64,000 bases of DNA from Lacipirellulaceae bacterium (GCA_044867485.1 JBIOVA010000218.1:16462-80461), one strand, 5' to 3'; positions 10,441 through 22,615 are shown, numbered from the stretch's first letter. A program made the numbers and translations. The notes: generated from the letters alone by a model not told the origin.

Positions 10441-10461
10441 CACTCGCACGAGCGCCTTGCC

Positions 10462-10548
10462 GTTAGCCGCGCCGCGAAGGTCCGCCGCAGCGGAGCGCGC
10501 CGCGCTCCGCCAAGCGCTTCAGCGCTCCGCTACCGCGTCACGGCTAAC
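10462..10548. repeat. REP-like palindrome, family A, between convergent genes
   Basis: GTTAGCCGCGCCGCG ... CGCGTCACGGCTAAC arms. Shares AAGGTCCGCCGCAGCGGAGCGC with the 6802 copy. Confidence 0.8.
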
Positions 10549-10581
10549 AACGTCATCCATCGCCGCATCGGGCGCGGCGCA

Positions 10582-11688
10582 TTACTTGATCGGCGTCTCG
10601 CGGTTCACCGCCCCGCGCACTACCCGCGCCGGGTCGCGCGCCAGCTTGTCCGTCAGCACCCAGACGTTGTCCAGGATCTGCTCCAGCCGCCGCAGGAACT
10701 TCTCGTTGTTGATGATGCCCCGCAAGTCGGTCACTGTCCCCTGGGCTTGGGACAGCGTCGCGTTAAGCCGATCGTACGCCTCCCGCTCGCGGATCAGCAG
10801 GCCGAGCGTTCCTTCGCTCTCGTTGAGATTCTTCGACAGCAGCGCCACCTGCGAGAGGAGTTCCTGAAGGTTGCGAACGCTGCTCTCCAGCGCGTCGACG
10901 ATCGCCACGCCGCGGTCGCCTAGCGGTCCGGTCAGTCCCTGCAGGTTCTTGAGGTTCTGATCCGCCGACGTGACCGCACCTTCCAAGGCGTCGAGGATGG
11001 CCCGGGCGTCGGCCATCACCGAGGGCAACTGGACCAGCCCGCTCTTGAGCTGCTCCTTGAACTCCTCGTCGCCGATCACGTCGTTAAAGTTGTCGGCCAC
11101 CTGGGCGAACTGCGACATCGCCCGCTCGGTCGACTCGACCAGCCGCGTGATCCGCTGCATGTCGCCGGCGCCCAGCACTGTGTTGATTCGGTCGGCCAGC
11201 TCTGCCACTTCGTCGCCAGCTTGCCCCAGCGAGATGATCGACTGCCGCAAGTCGCCCTGGAGCGTCGCCAGCAGGTCCATGGGGTTTGGCGAATACTGGC
11301 CGTCGATCTGCGCGTCGGGGAGCACAGCCACAGCATTCAGCGGGGAGGTGTTCGGTACGAACTCGATAATCGCGTCGCCCACGAGCGACGACTGAATGCG
11401 ACCGATCTCGTTCGTTTTGATCACCTTGCCGTCGTCGATATTGAGCGTGATGAGCGCCCCGTCATCCATGTCTTCGATGCTCGCCACGCGGCCGATCGGC
11501 AACCCGCGCCTCCGCACGGGCGTATCCGGCGCCACGCCCGGCGCCTGGTCCACCAGCATCTTCACCTGGTAGTGCTTGCGAAAAGGCAGTGCCGAGAAGT
11601 CGCTGTTCCATAGGATCAAGATGCTCGTCAGCATCAGCGCTGCGAACACGATCACGCCGACGCGGAATTGTTTGGTGCGTTCGTTCAT
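10582..11688 (-). CDS. mlaD: MCE/MlaD family substrate-binding protein
   Basis: N-terminal TM, APGVAPDTPVRRRGLPIGRV MCE motif, long helical region, GTLGLLI C-terminal motif. Lies downstream of mlaE and mlaF. Confidence 0.85.
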   Translation of the reverse strand: MNERTKQFRVGVIVFAALMLTSILILWNSDFSALPFRKHYQVKMLVDQAPGVAPDTPVRRRGLPIGRVASIEDMDDGALITLNIDDGKVIKTNEIGRIQSSLVGDAIIEFVPNTSPLNAVAVLPDAQIDGQYSPNPMDLLATLQGDLRQSIISLGQAGDEVAELADRINTVLGAGDMQRITRLVESTERAMSQFAQVADNFNDVIGDEEFKEQLKSGLVQLPSVMADARAILDALEGAVTSADQNLKNLQGLTGPLGDRGVAIVDALESSVRNLQELLSQVALLSKNLNESEGTLGLLIREREAYDRLNATLSQAQGTVTDLRGIINNEKFLRRLEQILDNVWVLTDKLARDPARVVRGAVNRETPIK

Positions 11689-11707
11689 AGTCTTGGTTTC
11701 CTCCGTC

Positions 11708-11816
11708 CCCCTCCCCTCGATGGGGAGGGGTGTAGAATCGGGTGCACGCGCCGCGACTCAATGCGAGTACCAGGCGCCGCTCCCCCTCCCCGGCCCTCTC
11801 CACAGGGGGGAGAGAG
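11708..11816. repeat. Composite CCCCTCYCC-hairpin repeat (family B) between mlaF and mlaD
   Basis: Perfect hairpin CCCCTCCCC-TCGAT-GGGGAGGGG (11708-11730). Second unit CCCCCTCCCCGGCCCTCTCC..GGAGAG (11782-11814). Confidence 0.65.
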
Positions 11817-11825
11817 CTGGAGGGG

Positions 11826-12635
11826 TCATTCTCCAGCCTGTTCGCTAATCTCCATCATCCGATCGCCCGCCTCGCCGCGGATGAACTGCGCCACCCGTTT
11901 GTCCCGCGAGGCGTCGAGCTGTTGCGGCTGCCCGTCGAACAGCACCTGTGGCTCGTCGGCCTGCAGTCGCGCCAGCGGGTAGAGCATCACCACCCGATCC
12001 GCCACCTTGCGGGCCGTCGTCATGTCGTGCGTGACGATGACGCTCGTCACTTCGAACTTGTCGCGAGTCTGCATCATCAGCTCGTTGATGACGTCGCTCA
12101 TGATCGGATCGAGGCCCGTCGTCGGCTCGTCGTAAAGTACCGCCTCGGGCCGCATGACCAGCGCGCGGGCCAGCCCCACGCGCTTGCGCATGCCGCCTGA
12201 AAGTTCCGCCGGCCGCTTGGCGAGCACCGTTTTCGGCAAGCCCACTTCGCCCAGCAGCGACAGCATCATCCGCTCGTTCTCCGCCGCCGCGCCGCGACCA
12301 TGCTGCTTGAGCGGGAACAGGATGTTCTCCTCGACCGTCATGCTGTCGAACAGCGCAGCCTGCTGGAACACGAACCCGAACCGCGTGCGCTGCTGCGACA
12401 GCTCCTGCTCCGAGAGCTCGTCGACTCGTCGCCCGTCGAACGCCGCCGACCCGCTCGCCGGCCGGATGAGCCCGATGATCGTCTTGAGCAGCACCGTCTT
12501 GCCACAGCCGCTCTCGCCAATGATCGCCAGCGTTTGCCCCCGCGGGATCGCCAGGCTGACGTCGCGCAGCACATGCTGCCGCCCGAACCGGACGTTCAAA
12601 TCGCGAAGTTCGATCAGTGGAGCGTCGGCAACCAT
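11826..12635 (-). CDS. mlaF: ABC transporter ATP-binding protein (MlaF/Mkl type)
   Basis: GESGCGKT Walker A, FQQAALFDSMTV, LSGGMRKRVGLARAL signature, YDEPTTGLDP. Confidence 0.9.
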   Translation of the reverse strand: MVADAPLIELRDLNVRFGRQHVLRDVSLAIPRGQTLAIIGESGCGKTVLLKTIIGLIRPASGSAAFDGRRVDELSEQELSQQRTRFGFVFQQAALFDSMTVEENILFPLKQHGRGAAAENERMMLSLLGEVGLPKTVLAKRPAELSGGMRKRVGLARALVMRPEAVLYDEPTTGLDPIMSDVINELMMQTRDKFEVTSVIVTHDMTTARKVADRVVMLYPLARLQADEPQVLFDGQPQQLDASRDKRVAQFIRGEAGDRMMEISEQAGE

Positions 12636-12727
12636 GGCGTGCTGATTGTCACTCCGAGGTCGGCCGAGGAGTCCGCACTGTCACCAAGCGTGGCCAGACC
12701 CCTTGGTGGACCTGGGGGTGACACGGT

Positions 12728-13606
12728 TCACATCCCAAACAACTTCGGCGCCACCGGCCAAATCGCCAGGTAAATTTGATCCAGCACGATGCTCACCAGC
12801 AGGTCCAGGATGATGATCACGACGAACGAGTACACGAACGCCGTGGTCGCCGCCCGGCCAACGCCTTCGGCCCCTGGCTGGCAATTGAACCCGCGATAGC
12901 AACTGATCACGCCGATCGTGGCGCCAAAGAACATGCTCTTCACGATGCCGTAGAACAGATCCCAGTTCTCGACAAATCGCTGGGCGTTGGACCGGTAGTG
13001 GTGATAGTCGATTCCCAAAAAATTGATGCAATATGCCGCCCCGCCGACCACGCCCATGAAGACGGCCATGATCGTGAGCAGCGGGATCATGGCGATGCAG
13101 CTCAAGAACCGCGGCACGACGAGGTAGTGGATCGGATTGACGCCCATGCTCGCCAGGGCGTCGATCTGCTCCGTCACGCGCATCGTGCCCAACTCGGCCG
13201 CCATTGCACTGCCCACGCGGCCGGCCAGCATCGTCGCCGCGAGCACGGGGCCCAACTCGCGGAACATCGACTTGTTGATCACGCCGCCCAACTGCGTCTC
13301 GAGCCCGAATGCCCGAAACTGCGTGAACGACTGCACCGCCAGCACCATGCCAGTAAACGTGCCGATGAGCGCCACCACCGGCACGCTTTCCACCCCGATG
13401 GCGTACATGTTGGCCAGTAGCGTGTCGCGCCGCGGCCGGCGCGTGAACAGCCAAGCCAGCATGCTCCAGGCGAACAGCGTCATGTCGCCCAGCCCCTCGA
13501 CGGCGCGCAACACCGCGGCGCCGAGATCGGCGATCGACTCGCTCAGCCGGCCGACGACGCCGCGCGAAACCGGCGAACTCGGCGCGGCGGCAGAACCTGT
13601 GGACAT
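12728..13606 (-). CDS. mlaE: MlaE family ABC permease
   Basis: RELGPVLAATMLAGRVGSAMAAELGTMRVTEQIDALASMG and LVVPRF motifs. Confidence 0.93.
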   Translation of the reverse strand: MSTGSAAAPSSPVSRGVVGRLSESIADLGAAVLRAVEGLGDMTLFAWSMLAWLFTRRPRRDTLLANMYAIGVESVPVVALIGTFTGMVLAVQSFTQFRAFGLETQLGGVINKSMFRELGPVLAATMLAGRVGSAMAAELGTMRVTEQIDALASMGVNPIHYLVVPRFLSCIAMIPLLTIMAVFMGVVGGAAYCINFLGIDYHHYRSNAQRFVENWDLFYGIVKSMFFGATIGVISCYRGFNCQPGAEGVGRAATTAFVYSFVVIIILDLLVSIVLDQIYLAIWPVAPKLFGM

Positions 13607-13964
13607 AGAACCCCCCGCTCTTCACGTTCGACCTGCTGACTCGCTCTGCTTGAACAAACCACTTACGCGGCAATGGTTTGTGCGGCTAGGCGAGAGGGGT
13701 AAGATGGCAAACCGGCGGCAAAGGGGCCCTTTGATCGTTCGCGTTTCGGGCAAAGACCCATAGATGGCCAGAATGTGTGTCAGTGGCGCAGGGCGTTTTT
13801 CCGCGGGGTTTCTCCATAGGTGTCCAAAACTCGCGGGGAGTTTTGGACATCTATGACGGGTCTGCCAAACGGCGTTTTCCGAAGGAATCGCAAACCGCCC
13901 CGCCGCTAGGCCGGCGGCCAACCACATCGCATTTTCGCATTTCTCGTTTTTCGGTGGAATTCCT

Positions 13965-14549
13965 TTGACCACCGCCCACATCCACCGTCTGTCTTTGGTA
14001 GCACGACTGTCACACAGCGTGCAGGGACAGCGGGGGTCAGACGCAACGGTGGACGAGCTGCTCGCCAGCCATGCCGACGCCGTCTACCGCTACGCCTTGC
14101 GACTGACACGCGACCCGCACGCCGCCCAGGACTTGGTGCAAGAGACCCTGCTCCGCGGCCTGCAGTCGCGCGGCAAGCTGCGAGAGCCGGCGGCCGCGCG
14201 CGTGTGGCTGTTGCGGATCGCCACGAACCTGCATCGCGACCAGTGGCGGTCGGCGCGGCCCGTTGAGCTGCTCGTCAGCGATCCCGCTGACAACCGGCCG
14301 TCGGTCGCCGGTCAACTTGAACGCCGCGAATGCGTTGAACGCGCCCTGGCCGCGCTCGACGAGCTGCCGCCTCGACAGCGCCAGGCCATGCACCTAATCA
14401 CGATCGAGCAACTCACGCACGAACAAGCCGCCAACGTGCTCGGCGTAACCGTGAACGCCCTCAAAGCCAATCTGTCTTTGGCGCGCCGCGGCATGCGAGA
14501 ACGGCTGAAAGATCTCTACGAAGAAGTCCGCGGCGCCCGCACGAAGTAG
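13965..14549 (+). CDS. ECF RNA polymerase sigma factor
   Basis: Region 2 (AVYRYALRLTRDPHAAQDLVQET...WLLRIATNL) and region 4 (LPPRQRQAMHL...EQAANVLG). Confidence 0.9.
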   Translation: MTTAHIHRLSLVARLSHSVQGQRGSDATVDELLASHADAVYRYALRLTRDPHAAQDLVQETLLRGLQSRGKLREPAAARVWLLRIATNLHRDQWRSARPVELLVSDPADNRPSVAGQLERRECVERALAALDELPPRQRQAMHLITIEQLTHEQAANVLGVTVNALKANLSLARRGMRERLKDLYEEVRGARTK

Positions 14550-14552
14550 ACC

Positions 14553-15119
14553 ATGAACGACGACGCAATGAACCTATGCAATCGCCTCGACTGCTACCTC
14601 GACGGAGACTTGCTCAGCGAGGAGCGAGAAACGTTCGTCGCCCACGCGGCGCACTGCGCCGCGTGCCGCGAAGCGCTCGACCAGCAGCAATGGATCGATG
14701 CCCTGCTGCAATCGGACTCGGCCGCCGAACTCGAGGCCTCTCCGCCAATCGCGCTTCGCCTCCGCTCACGCCGTCGCGCCCTGCTCCTCGCCGCCGCAGC
14801 TCTCGCGGTCCTAGCAGCGTGGCCTCTTTCTCCCTTCCCTCGAAGGGACGGGAGCAACCGAGCACGGTCGCCAGTGGCGACCGTGCGCAGGGCGTTAGCC
14901 GAGGCTGAGCCCGTGCATGAATCGCTCGCCACGGTTTCGAATCCCTCTCCTATCTCCTCCCTTCCAGGGAGGAGGATTCCCGACTCGCCCGCCGCAACAT
15001 TCGCCAGCAACAGCCGCACTATCGCGATTCCAATTCCCGTCTCCAGTCCCGAAGTCACCATCGTCAAGCTCTATCCCGTCCTACGACCCACCGGCGCGAC
15101 TAGCGCCCACGGAGGTTAG
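14553..15119 (+). CDS. Zinc-finger (zf-HC2/ZAS) anti-sigma factor
   Basis: LDCYLDGDL...HAAHCAAC (HxxxCxxC), then a TM helix. Starts 3 nt after the sigma stop. Confidence 0.82.
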   Translation: MNDDAMNLCNRLDCYLDGDLLSEERETFVAHAAHCAACREALDQQQWIDALLQSDSAAELEASPPIALRLRSRRRALLLAAAALAVLAAWPLSPFPRRDGSNRARSPVATVRRALAEAEPVHESLATVSNPSPISSLPGRRIPDSPAATFASNSRTIAIPIPVSSPEVTIVKLYPVLRPTGATSAHGG

Positions 15120-15121
15120 TT

Positions 15122-16573
15122 ATGCTCCAACCCCTCGACCGCCAAAAGCGATCTCAACCAAGCTGCGCGTACTTGCTCGCCGCGGCGACGATTCTAAGCT
15201 TCACGGCTCGCGCCCTCGCTCAACCCGCCGGCGACTCGTCATTAACTGAAGTTTCCCCTGGCGCCGCCGACTTCTATCAAGAAATCTCCTCCGTCGAAGT
15301 CGAACTGGCGGTCCTAAACGCCCAACTCCGCCGGCTCCGCGACGCCGATGAGGCCAAGGGCGACGACGAGGACGCCCAGGCCCGCGCCGAAGCTATCGAT
15401 AAAATGCGCGCAAAGATTGCCGGCCTGTCGCAAGCTCGCGAACGACTCGTCGCTCGGCTCTCGTCGATTGTCGCGAACAGCGGCGATGCATCGCCGCAAT
15501 CCGAGCCAAGCGTGGGTGACCTCAACGAGCGTCGCAGAGAAGCCATGAAGCGCGAAGAAACAATGGAGGCGATGCAAGCTTATAGGCGACGCGTGCAGGA
15601 GCTGGAAGAAGCCGCCCGCAAGAGCCAGGAAAGCCAGTCGCTTCCGCCGCTCAACGACCCGCAGACGATGGTTTTCGAGCTGAAATACCTTAAAGCGCAA
15701 AGCACTGCCGACGCCCTCGTCGACCTGTTCGGTTTACAACGCATCCGCGTCGCCGCTGGCGACGACGGGACGCAGCTTATCGTGGCAACTGAGGAGCCGC
15801 TCGTCGAGAACGTGGCGCAGCTCATCCAGTCGCTCGACAAGCCACAGGGCGAGCCGCGCCAAACAGTTGACGCACCCACGCAGGCCAATCAGGAGGCCGG
15901 CGCCCCGCGCTCGCTCACGTTACGCACGTTTTGGCTCGCCGACAGCCTGCCCGAAGGCGAGGGCCAGGACCCGGCAAAGTTCTTGCCCAAGAGTGTGCTC
16001 GCGGCAGTACAGCAGCTCGGCCTTGATGAACCGCGCCTCGTGGCGCAAACCGTCAACTCGCTCAGCCGCGACGCCAACCCCGAGCACGACGTGCCGTTCT
16101 CGACGCGGATTCCTGCGCTGATCTTCAACCAACCGGCGCAACTCAGCGGTTCGGGCAAAGTGCTGCCAGTGCGGGATGGGCGCGCCGAGCTGGAAGTTCT
16201 CATCCAGGTCGCCGGACCGACGGTCAATGCCGAACTCGGCGGCTCGCTCGCCACGCCGCTGGGCCACTACATGGTCCTCGGCACCGCGAACTCCGTGAGC
16301 GGCCTTCCGGCGACAATGCCTGCCGGCATGATGGGCGGCATGGGCATGGAAGGCGGCCGCGGCGGGTACGGAGCGCGGGGCGGCTACGGCGGCGAGTTCG
16401 GCGGCCGAGGAGGGGGGTTCGACGGCGAGATGGGCGGCGCCGCCGTCGACCCTGCCACCGGCATGCCCATTGGCCCCGACGGCAATCCACTTCCTGAGCC
16501 GAAATTTAACACCTCGCACTTCGCCTTCGTCGTCCAAGTGGTCGAAGCCGAAAGCTTCGCCGAAGAGCAATAA
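15122..16573 (+). CDS. Exported coiled-coil protein with a Secretin_N/NolW-like domain and a Gly/Met/Arg-rich insert
   Basis: Signal peptide and coiled coils. VFELKYLKAQSTADALVDLF..TQLIV..VAQLIQSLDKP is the NolW-like pattern. Contains GMMGGMGMEGGRGGYGARGG. Confidence 0.6.
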   Translation: MLQPLDRQKRSQPSCAYLLAAATILSFTARALAQPAGDSSLTEVSPGAADFYQEISSVEVELAVLNAQLRRLRDADEAKGDDEDAQARAEAIDKMRAKIAGLSQARERLVARLSSIVANSGDASPQSEPSVGDLNERRREAMKREETMEAMQAYRRRVQELEEAARKSQESQSLPPLNDPQTMVFELKYLKAQSTADALVDLFGLQRIRVAAGDDGTQLIVATEEPLVENVAQLIQSLDKPQGEPRQTVDAPTQANQEAGAPRSLTLRTFWLADSLPEGEGQDPAKFLPKSVLAAVQQLGLDEPRLVAQTVNSLSRDANPEHDVPFSTRIPALIFNQPAQLSGSGKVLPVRDGRAELEVLIQVAGPTVNAELGGSLATPLGHYMVLGTANSVSGLPATMPAGMMGGMGMEGGRGGYGARGGYGGEFGGRGGGFDGEMGGAAVDPATGMPIGPDGNPLPEPKFNTSHFAFVVQVVEAESFAEEQ

Positions 16574-16589
16574 CTCAGTTGCGCAACAT

Positions 16590-16633
16590 TTAGCCCCCGG
16601 TCAGCGTCTTTCGAAAACGCGACCGGGGGCTAA
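16590..16633. repeat. Strong palindrome between convergent genes (REP-like or bidirectional terminator)
   Basis: TTAGCCCCCGGTC (16590-16602) and GACCGGGGGCTAA (16621-16633) are perfect inverted arms, with inner GCGT/ACGC and TTTCGAAA. Confidence 0.75.
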
Positions 16634-16674
16634 GTGTCGATGCAATGTTCAATTCCAGCTTAGCGCCAACCCGC

Positions 16675-19251
<2,577 letters not shown>

Positions 19252-19308
19252 GGCCCAACTCCTCTCGATGCTAAACGCCGGCGAAACTGACGCCCGCCTG
19301 TCTAGGGC

Positions 19309-20028
19309 TTAGGCCGCCATTCGCCGGTTTGTTGCTGCGATTTGTGTGCCGCCGTGCGGAGGCGTTGGCTGTGCATCAGCCAGCCCCGACCTAGCTAGCT
19401 CGGGGCTAGCGTCGCGAACCGATGGTCCATCCGTATCACCTGGCGACAGATCCTGCTGTTCCGTTTCTACGCAAACTGCGCAAATTCGTTCGCGCTCTCT
19501 CGCAATCTCGAACTGCCACGGCACCGCCGTCTCCAGGCGTTCCAACCGGTCGAGCTCCCCGCTCGCTGCGGCGGCCCGACCCTCGTGACGCCACAGCGTG
19601 GCCAGCATGAGCCGCGACTCCGCGTCGCGGGCGTCGTGCCGGAGTAATTTTATCAGCGTCTTCTCCGCCGAGACCCAATCTCCTGCCAGGTAAGCGATTT
19701 GCGCCTCCCGGAACCATTGGTCACTTCGCACGTCGGGATCGGCCGCGCTTTGCTCGCCGCCCGACCACTCGGCGAGCATTCGCCGCCAGTCGGCTCGGGC
19801 GTCGATCCAGGCGACGACCCAAATCGCAGCCAAAGCCCCCAAGGCGATCCCCCGCGCCCGCGGCGGCAACCATTCGTTCCAAACAAGCGTCGCCGCCAGC
19901 AGCACGTTCACAAGCGCCGTGAATCCTACCGCCAGCGCCAGTCCGACCCAAGACCCCCGCAGCCACACCTGCGGCAAGCCGGGCCAAAGATACGCCGACC
20001 AGTGGAGTTTTGGTTGCGGCACGGTCAT
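19309..20028 (-). CDS. Membrane protein with a TPR-like C-terminal domain (alternative start 20067)
   Basis: LWPGLPQVW and TM helices, then a TPR-like segment (WFREAQIAYLAGDWVSAEKTL..DAESRLMLATL). Confidence 0.75.
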   Translation of the reverse strand: MTVPQPKLHWSAYLWPGLPQVWLRGSWVGLALAVGFTALVNVLLAATLVWNEWLPPRARGIALGALAAIWVVAWIDARADWRRMLAEWSGGEQSAADPDVRSDQWFREAQIAYLAGDWVSAEKTLIKLLRHDARDAESRLMLATLWRHEGRAAAASGELDRLERLETAVPWQFEIARERERICAVCVETEQQDLSPGDTDGPSVRDASPELARSGLADAQPTPPHGGTQIAATNRRMAA

Positions 20029-20322
20029 GGGACTCTTGGGGAGCGCGGACGGTGTGCGCATGCGCAAGCGGCTTCGCGCCGCGGCGACCTGAAAAGGATA
20101 GGACGCCGCGTCACGAATTCAAGGCAACTGCATGCGCCGTCGGGGGTTAGGGGCGGCGCCGCATCGGGCGACGAGCGCCACGCTGGACATTGTGGGAAGG
20201 AGGGGAAGATAACGATAATAACGACACCAGGCGAGGTCGGTTTGCAGCAACTAGCAAGCGAGCCGGGTCGTCCCCGACCCCGGCGCGTCTTCCGTTTCCC
20301 GCCTCCTGCTAGCGGCCCCACC

Positions 20323-21399
20323 ATGCCGTCCGACTCAGCCACACTCCGCATCCTCGACGCGTCGCTCAACCGCGCTGCTGAGGGCCTGCGCGTCGTCGAA
20401 GACTACGCCCGCTTTGTCCTCGACGACGCTCACCTCACCGAATACCTGAAGCAGCTCCGTCACGACTTGGCGGCCGCGACCGACGCCATTCCTTCAATCG
20501 AACGGCACGCGGCGCGCGACACGCCGCACGACGTCGGAACCGCGATCACCACGCCCAGCGAGGCGCACCGCCCCGACGTCTGGGCTGTCTGCCAGGCGAG
20601 CCTGGAGCGCGCCAAGCAATCCCTCCGCACCATCGAGGAGTACGCCAAAGTCGCGGCGCCGGGCCAATCGGCCACGTTCGAGAGTCTGCGCTACCGCCTC
20701 TACACCATCGAAGCCGCCCTCGGCCGCACCGTCGACGCAGTCGAGCGCCTCGCCACCGTGCGGCTGTGCGTTCTCATCGACGGCCGCGACAGCGAACTCG
20801 AATTCTCAACGCTCATCACAGACCTGATCGCCGCCGGCGTCGGCGCCATCCAGCTTCGAGACAAGATTTTGCCCGTCCGCCAACTCGTCGGCCGGGCTCG
20901 CATACTGGTTGCCGCCACGCGCGCCTCCGGCGCCACGCTCGCGATCATCAACGATCGCCCCGCCGTCGCCGCTGCGGTGGACGCCGACGGCGTCCACCTC
21001 GGCCAGGAAGATTTCACGGTGAAAGACGCCCGCGCGGTGATCGGCCCTCGCAAGCTGATCGGCGTCTCGACGCACTCGCTCCACCAGGCGCAGCAAGCGG
21101 TTCTCGACGGCGCCAACTACCTCGGCGTCGGCCCCACGTTTGCATCGGCCACCAAACAATTCGACGAATTCCCCGGCCTCGACCTGATCCGCGACGTGGC
21201 CCGCGAAATCTGCTTGCCCGCTTTCGCCATCGGCGGCGTCAACGCCGCCAACGTCGCCGATGTCCTCGCGACCGGCATGTCACGAATCGCCGTAGGTTCC
21301 GCAATCACAGCCGCCCCGTCGCCCGCCGTCGCCGCAAAGGAGCTGCTGGCAGCGCTCGAAACCCGCGAGGTAGAAATACCGAGGTCTGTGGGGGTATGA
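20323..21399 (+). CDS. thiE: Thiamine-phosphate synthase, long form with N-terminal ThiD2-like domain
   Basis: RILDASLNRAAEGLRVVED N-domain, IQLRDK, IINDR, DGVHLGQED, GVSTHS, YLGVGPTF..TK, FAIGG. Confidence 0.93.
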   Translation: MPSDSATLRILDASLNRAAEGLRVVEDYARFVLDDAHLTEYLKQLRHDLAAATDAIPSIERHAARDTPHDVGTAITTPSEAHRPDVWAVCQASLERAKQSLRTIEEYAKVAAPGQSATFESLRYRLYTIEAALGRTVDAVERLATVRLCVLIDGRDSELEFSTLITDLIAAGVGAIQLRDKILPVRQLVGRARILVAATRASGATLAIINDRPAVAAAVDADGVHLGQEDFTVKDARAVIGPRKLIGVSTHSLHQAQQAVLDGANYLGVGPTFASATKQFDEFPGLDLIRDVAREICLPAFAIGGVNAANVADVLATGMSRIAVGSAITAAPSPAVAAKELLAALETREVEIPRSVGV

Positions 21400-21418
21400 T
21401 GGCCGATTCACGTCCTCC

Positions 21419-21448
21419 CCAGTCACCATTCACCGGTCACCAGTCACC
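21419..21448 (+). repeat. Tandem heptamer repeat (CCAGTCA-like x4)
   Basis: CCAGTCA CCATTCA CCGGTCA CCAGTCA CC in the thiE-manC spacer. Confidence 0.7.
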
Positions 21449-21456
21449 TCGTCCCC

Positions 21457-22539
21457 ATGCTCCACGCGATCATCATGGCAGGCGGCGCCGGCACTCGCTT
21501 CTGGCCCGCCAGCCGCGCCGCCACACCCAAGCAACTTCTCGCGCTCGTGGGCAAGGAGTCGATGATTCGGCAGACGGTTGATCGCCTGGGCGATCTCGTC
21601 GCGCCCGACCGCATCCTCATCGTCACCAACGAACGGCTCGTCCCCGCGATTGCCCAGCAGCTTCCCGAACTCCCCGCCGCATCGCTTGTGGGAGAGCCCT
21701 GCAAGCGCGACACCGCCCCCTGCATCGGCCTCGCTGCGCTGCTGGTGCGCCGCAACGACCCCAGCGCCACAATGGCGGTGCTGCCCGCCGATCACGTGAT
21801 CCGCCGCGCTGAGCGTTTTCAGACCGGCATCCGCCAGGCGGTCGCGCTCGTGGACAAGCAGCCCGACCGCATCGTCACCTTCGGCATTCGCCCAACCTAC
21901 CCGGCGGAGACCTTCGGCTACATCCAGCGCGGCGCCGGCGTCGATGCGTCCGGCGCCAGCGCCCCGACGTTCGTCGTCAAACGTTTCCGCGAGAAGCCCG
22001 ACGCGGCGACCGCCGCCGATTACGTCAGCTCCGGCGACTACTACTGGAACAGCGGCATCTTCGTCTGGAAGGCGAAAACCATCCTCGCCGCCCTCGCCGA
22101 GCGCCAGCCCGAGATGCTCGCCCACCTGCAAAAGATCGTCGACGCCTGGGGCAGGCCCGACCAGGCCGAAACGCTTCGCCGCGAGTTCACTGCCATCAAG
22201 GGCATCTCGATCGACTACGCCGTGATGGAGCACGCCAAGAATGTCGCAGTCATCGAGGCCCCTTACGACTGGGACGATTTGGGGAGCTGGAAGTCGCTTG
22301 CCCGGCTCGCCGGCGCCGACCGCTTCGACAACACGATCATCGGCCGCCACATTGGCCTCAACACCACCGGCACGATCGTCCGCACCGACGACAAGCATCT
22401 GGTCGTCACCGTGGGCACGAAGGACTGCCTCGTTGTCCACACGCCCGAGGCGACGCTCGTGGCCAACAAGCACGATGAGGAATCCATCCGCGAAATTGTC
22501 AAGCTCCTGGAAGCCCGCGGCTGGACGGAGTATCTGTAA
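21457..22539 (+). CDS. manC: Mannose-1-phosphate guanylyltransferase
   Basis: IMAGGAGTRFWPASR..PKQ, EPCKRDTAPCI, LPADH, FREKP, WNSGIF, SIDYAVME, WDDLGSW. Confidence 0.93.
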   Translation: MLHAIIMAGGAGTRFWPASRAATPKQLLALVGKESMIRQTVDRLGDLVAPDRILIVTNERLVPAIAQQLPELPAASLVGEPCKRDTAPCIGLAALLVRRNDPSATMAVLPADHVIRRAERFQTGIRQAVALVDKQPDRIVTFGIRPTYPAETFGYIQRGAGVDASGASAPTFVVKRFREKPDAATAADYVSSGDYYWNSGIFVWKAKTILAALAERQPEMLAHLQKIVDAWGRPDQAETLRREFTAIKGISIDYAVMEHAKNVAVIEAPYDWDDLGSWKSLARLAGADRFDNTIIGRHIGLNTTGTIVRTDDKHLVVTVGTKDCLVVHTPEATLVANKHDEESIREIVKLLEARGWTEYL

Positions 22540-22562
22540 CCATTGGCGGCGCCGCGCTCCCC

Positions 22563-22590
22563 GTTAGCCGCGACGCGGTAGCGGAGCGCT
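22563..22590. repeat. Half copy of REP-like family A
   Basis: GTTAGCCGCGACGCGGTAGCGGAGCGCT matches the reverse complement of 10521-10548 at 27 of 28 positions. Confidence 0.75.
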
Positions 22591-22615
22591 TGCCCTGCCG
22601 CCAAACTCGGCGACC

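Noticed and set aside
20029-20322. Possible TPP riboswitch or CIRCE/CtsR heat-shock box between the clpC-side genes and thiE
   Set aside because: No TPP aptamer core (CTGAGA...) and no TTAGCACTC-N9-GAGTGCTAA or CtsR heptad repeats were found.
19699-20322. N-terminal extension of thiE in the ORF track; likewise the extensions called for the kinase, LptF/G, DUF1592, Gly-rich, last sulfatase and giant exoprotein genes
   Set aside because: The extensions are low-complexity or overlap other genes. Downstream starts match family N-termini and, in several cases, SD sites.
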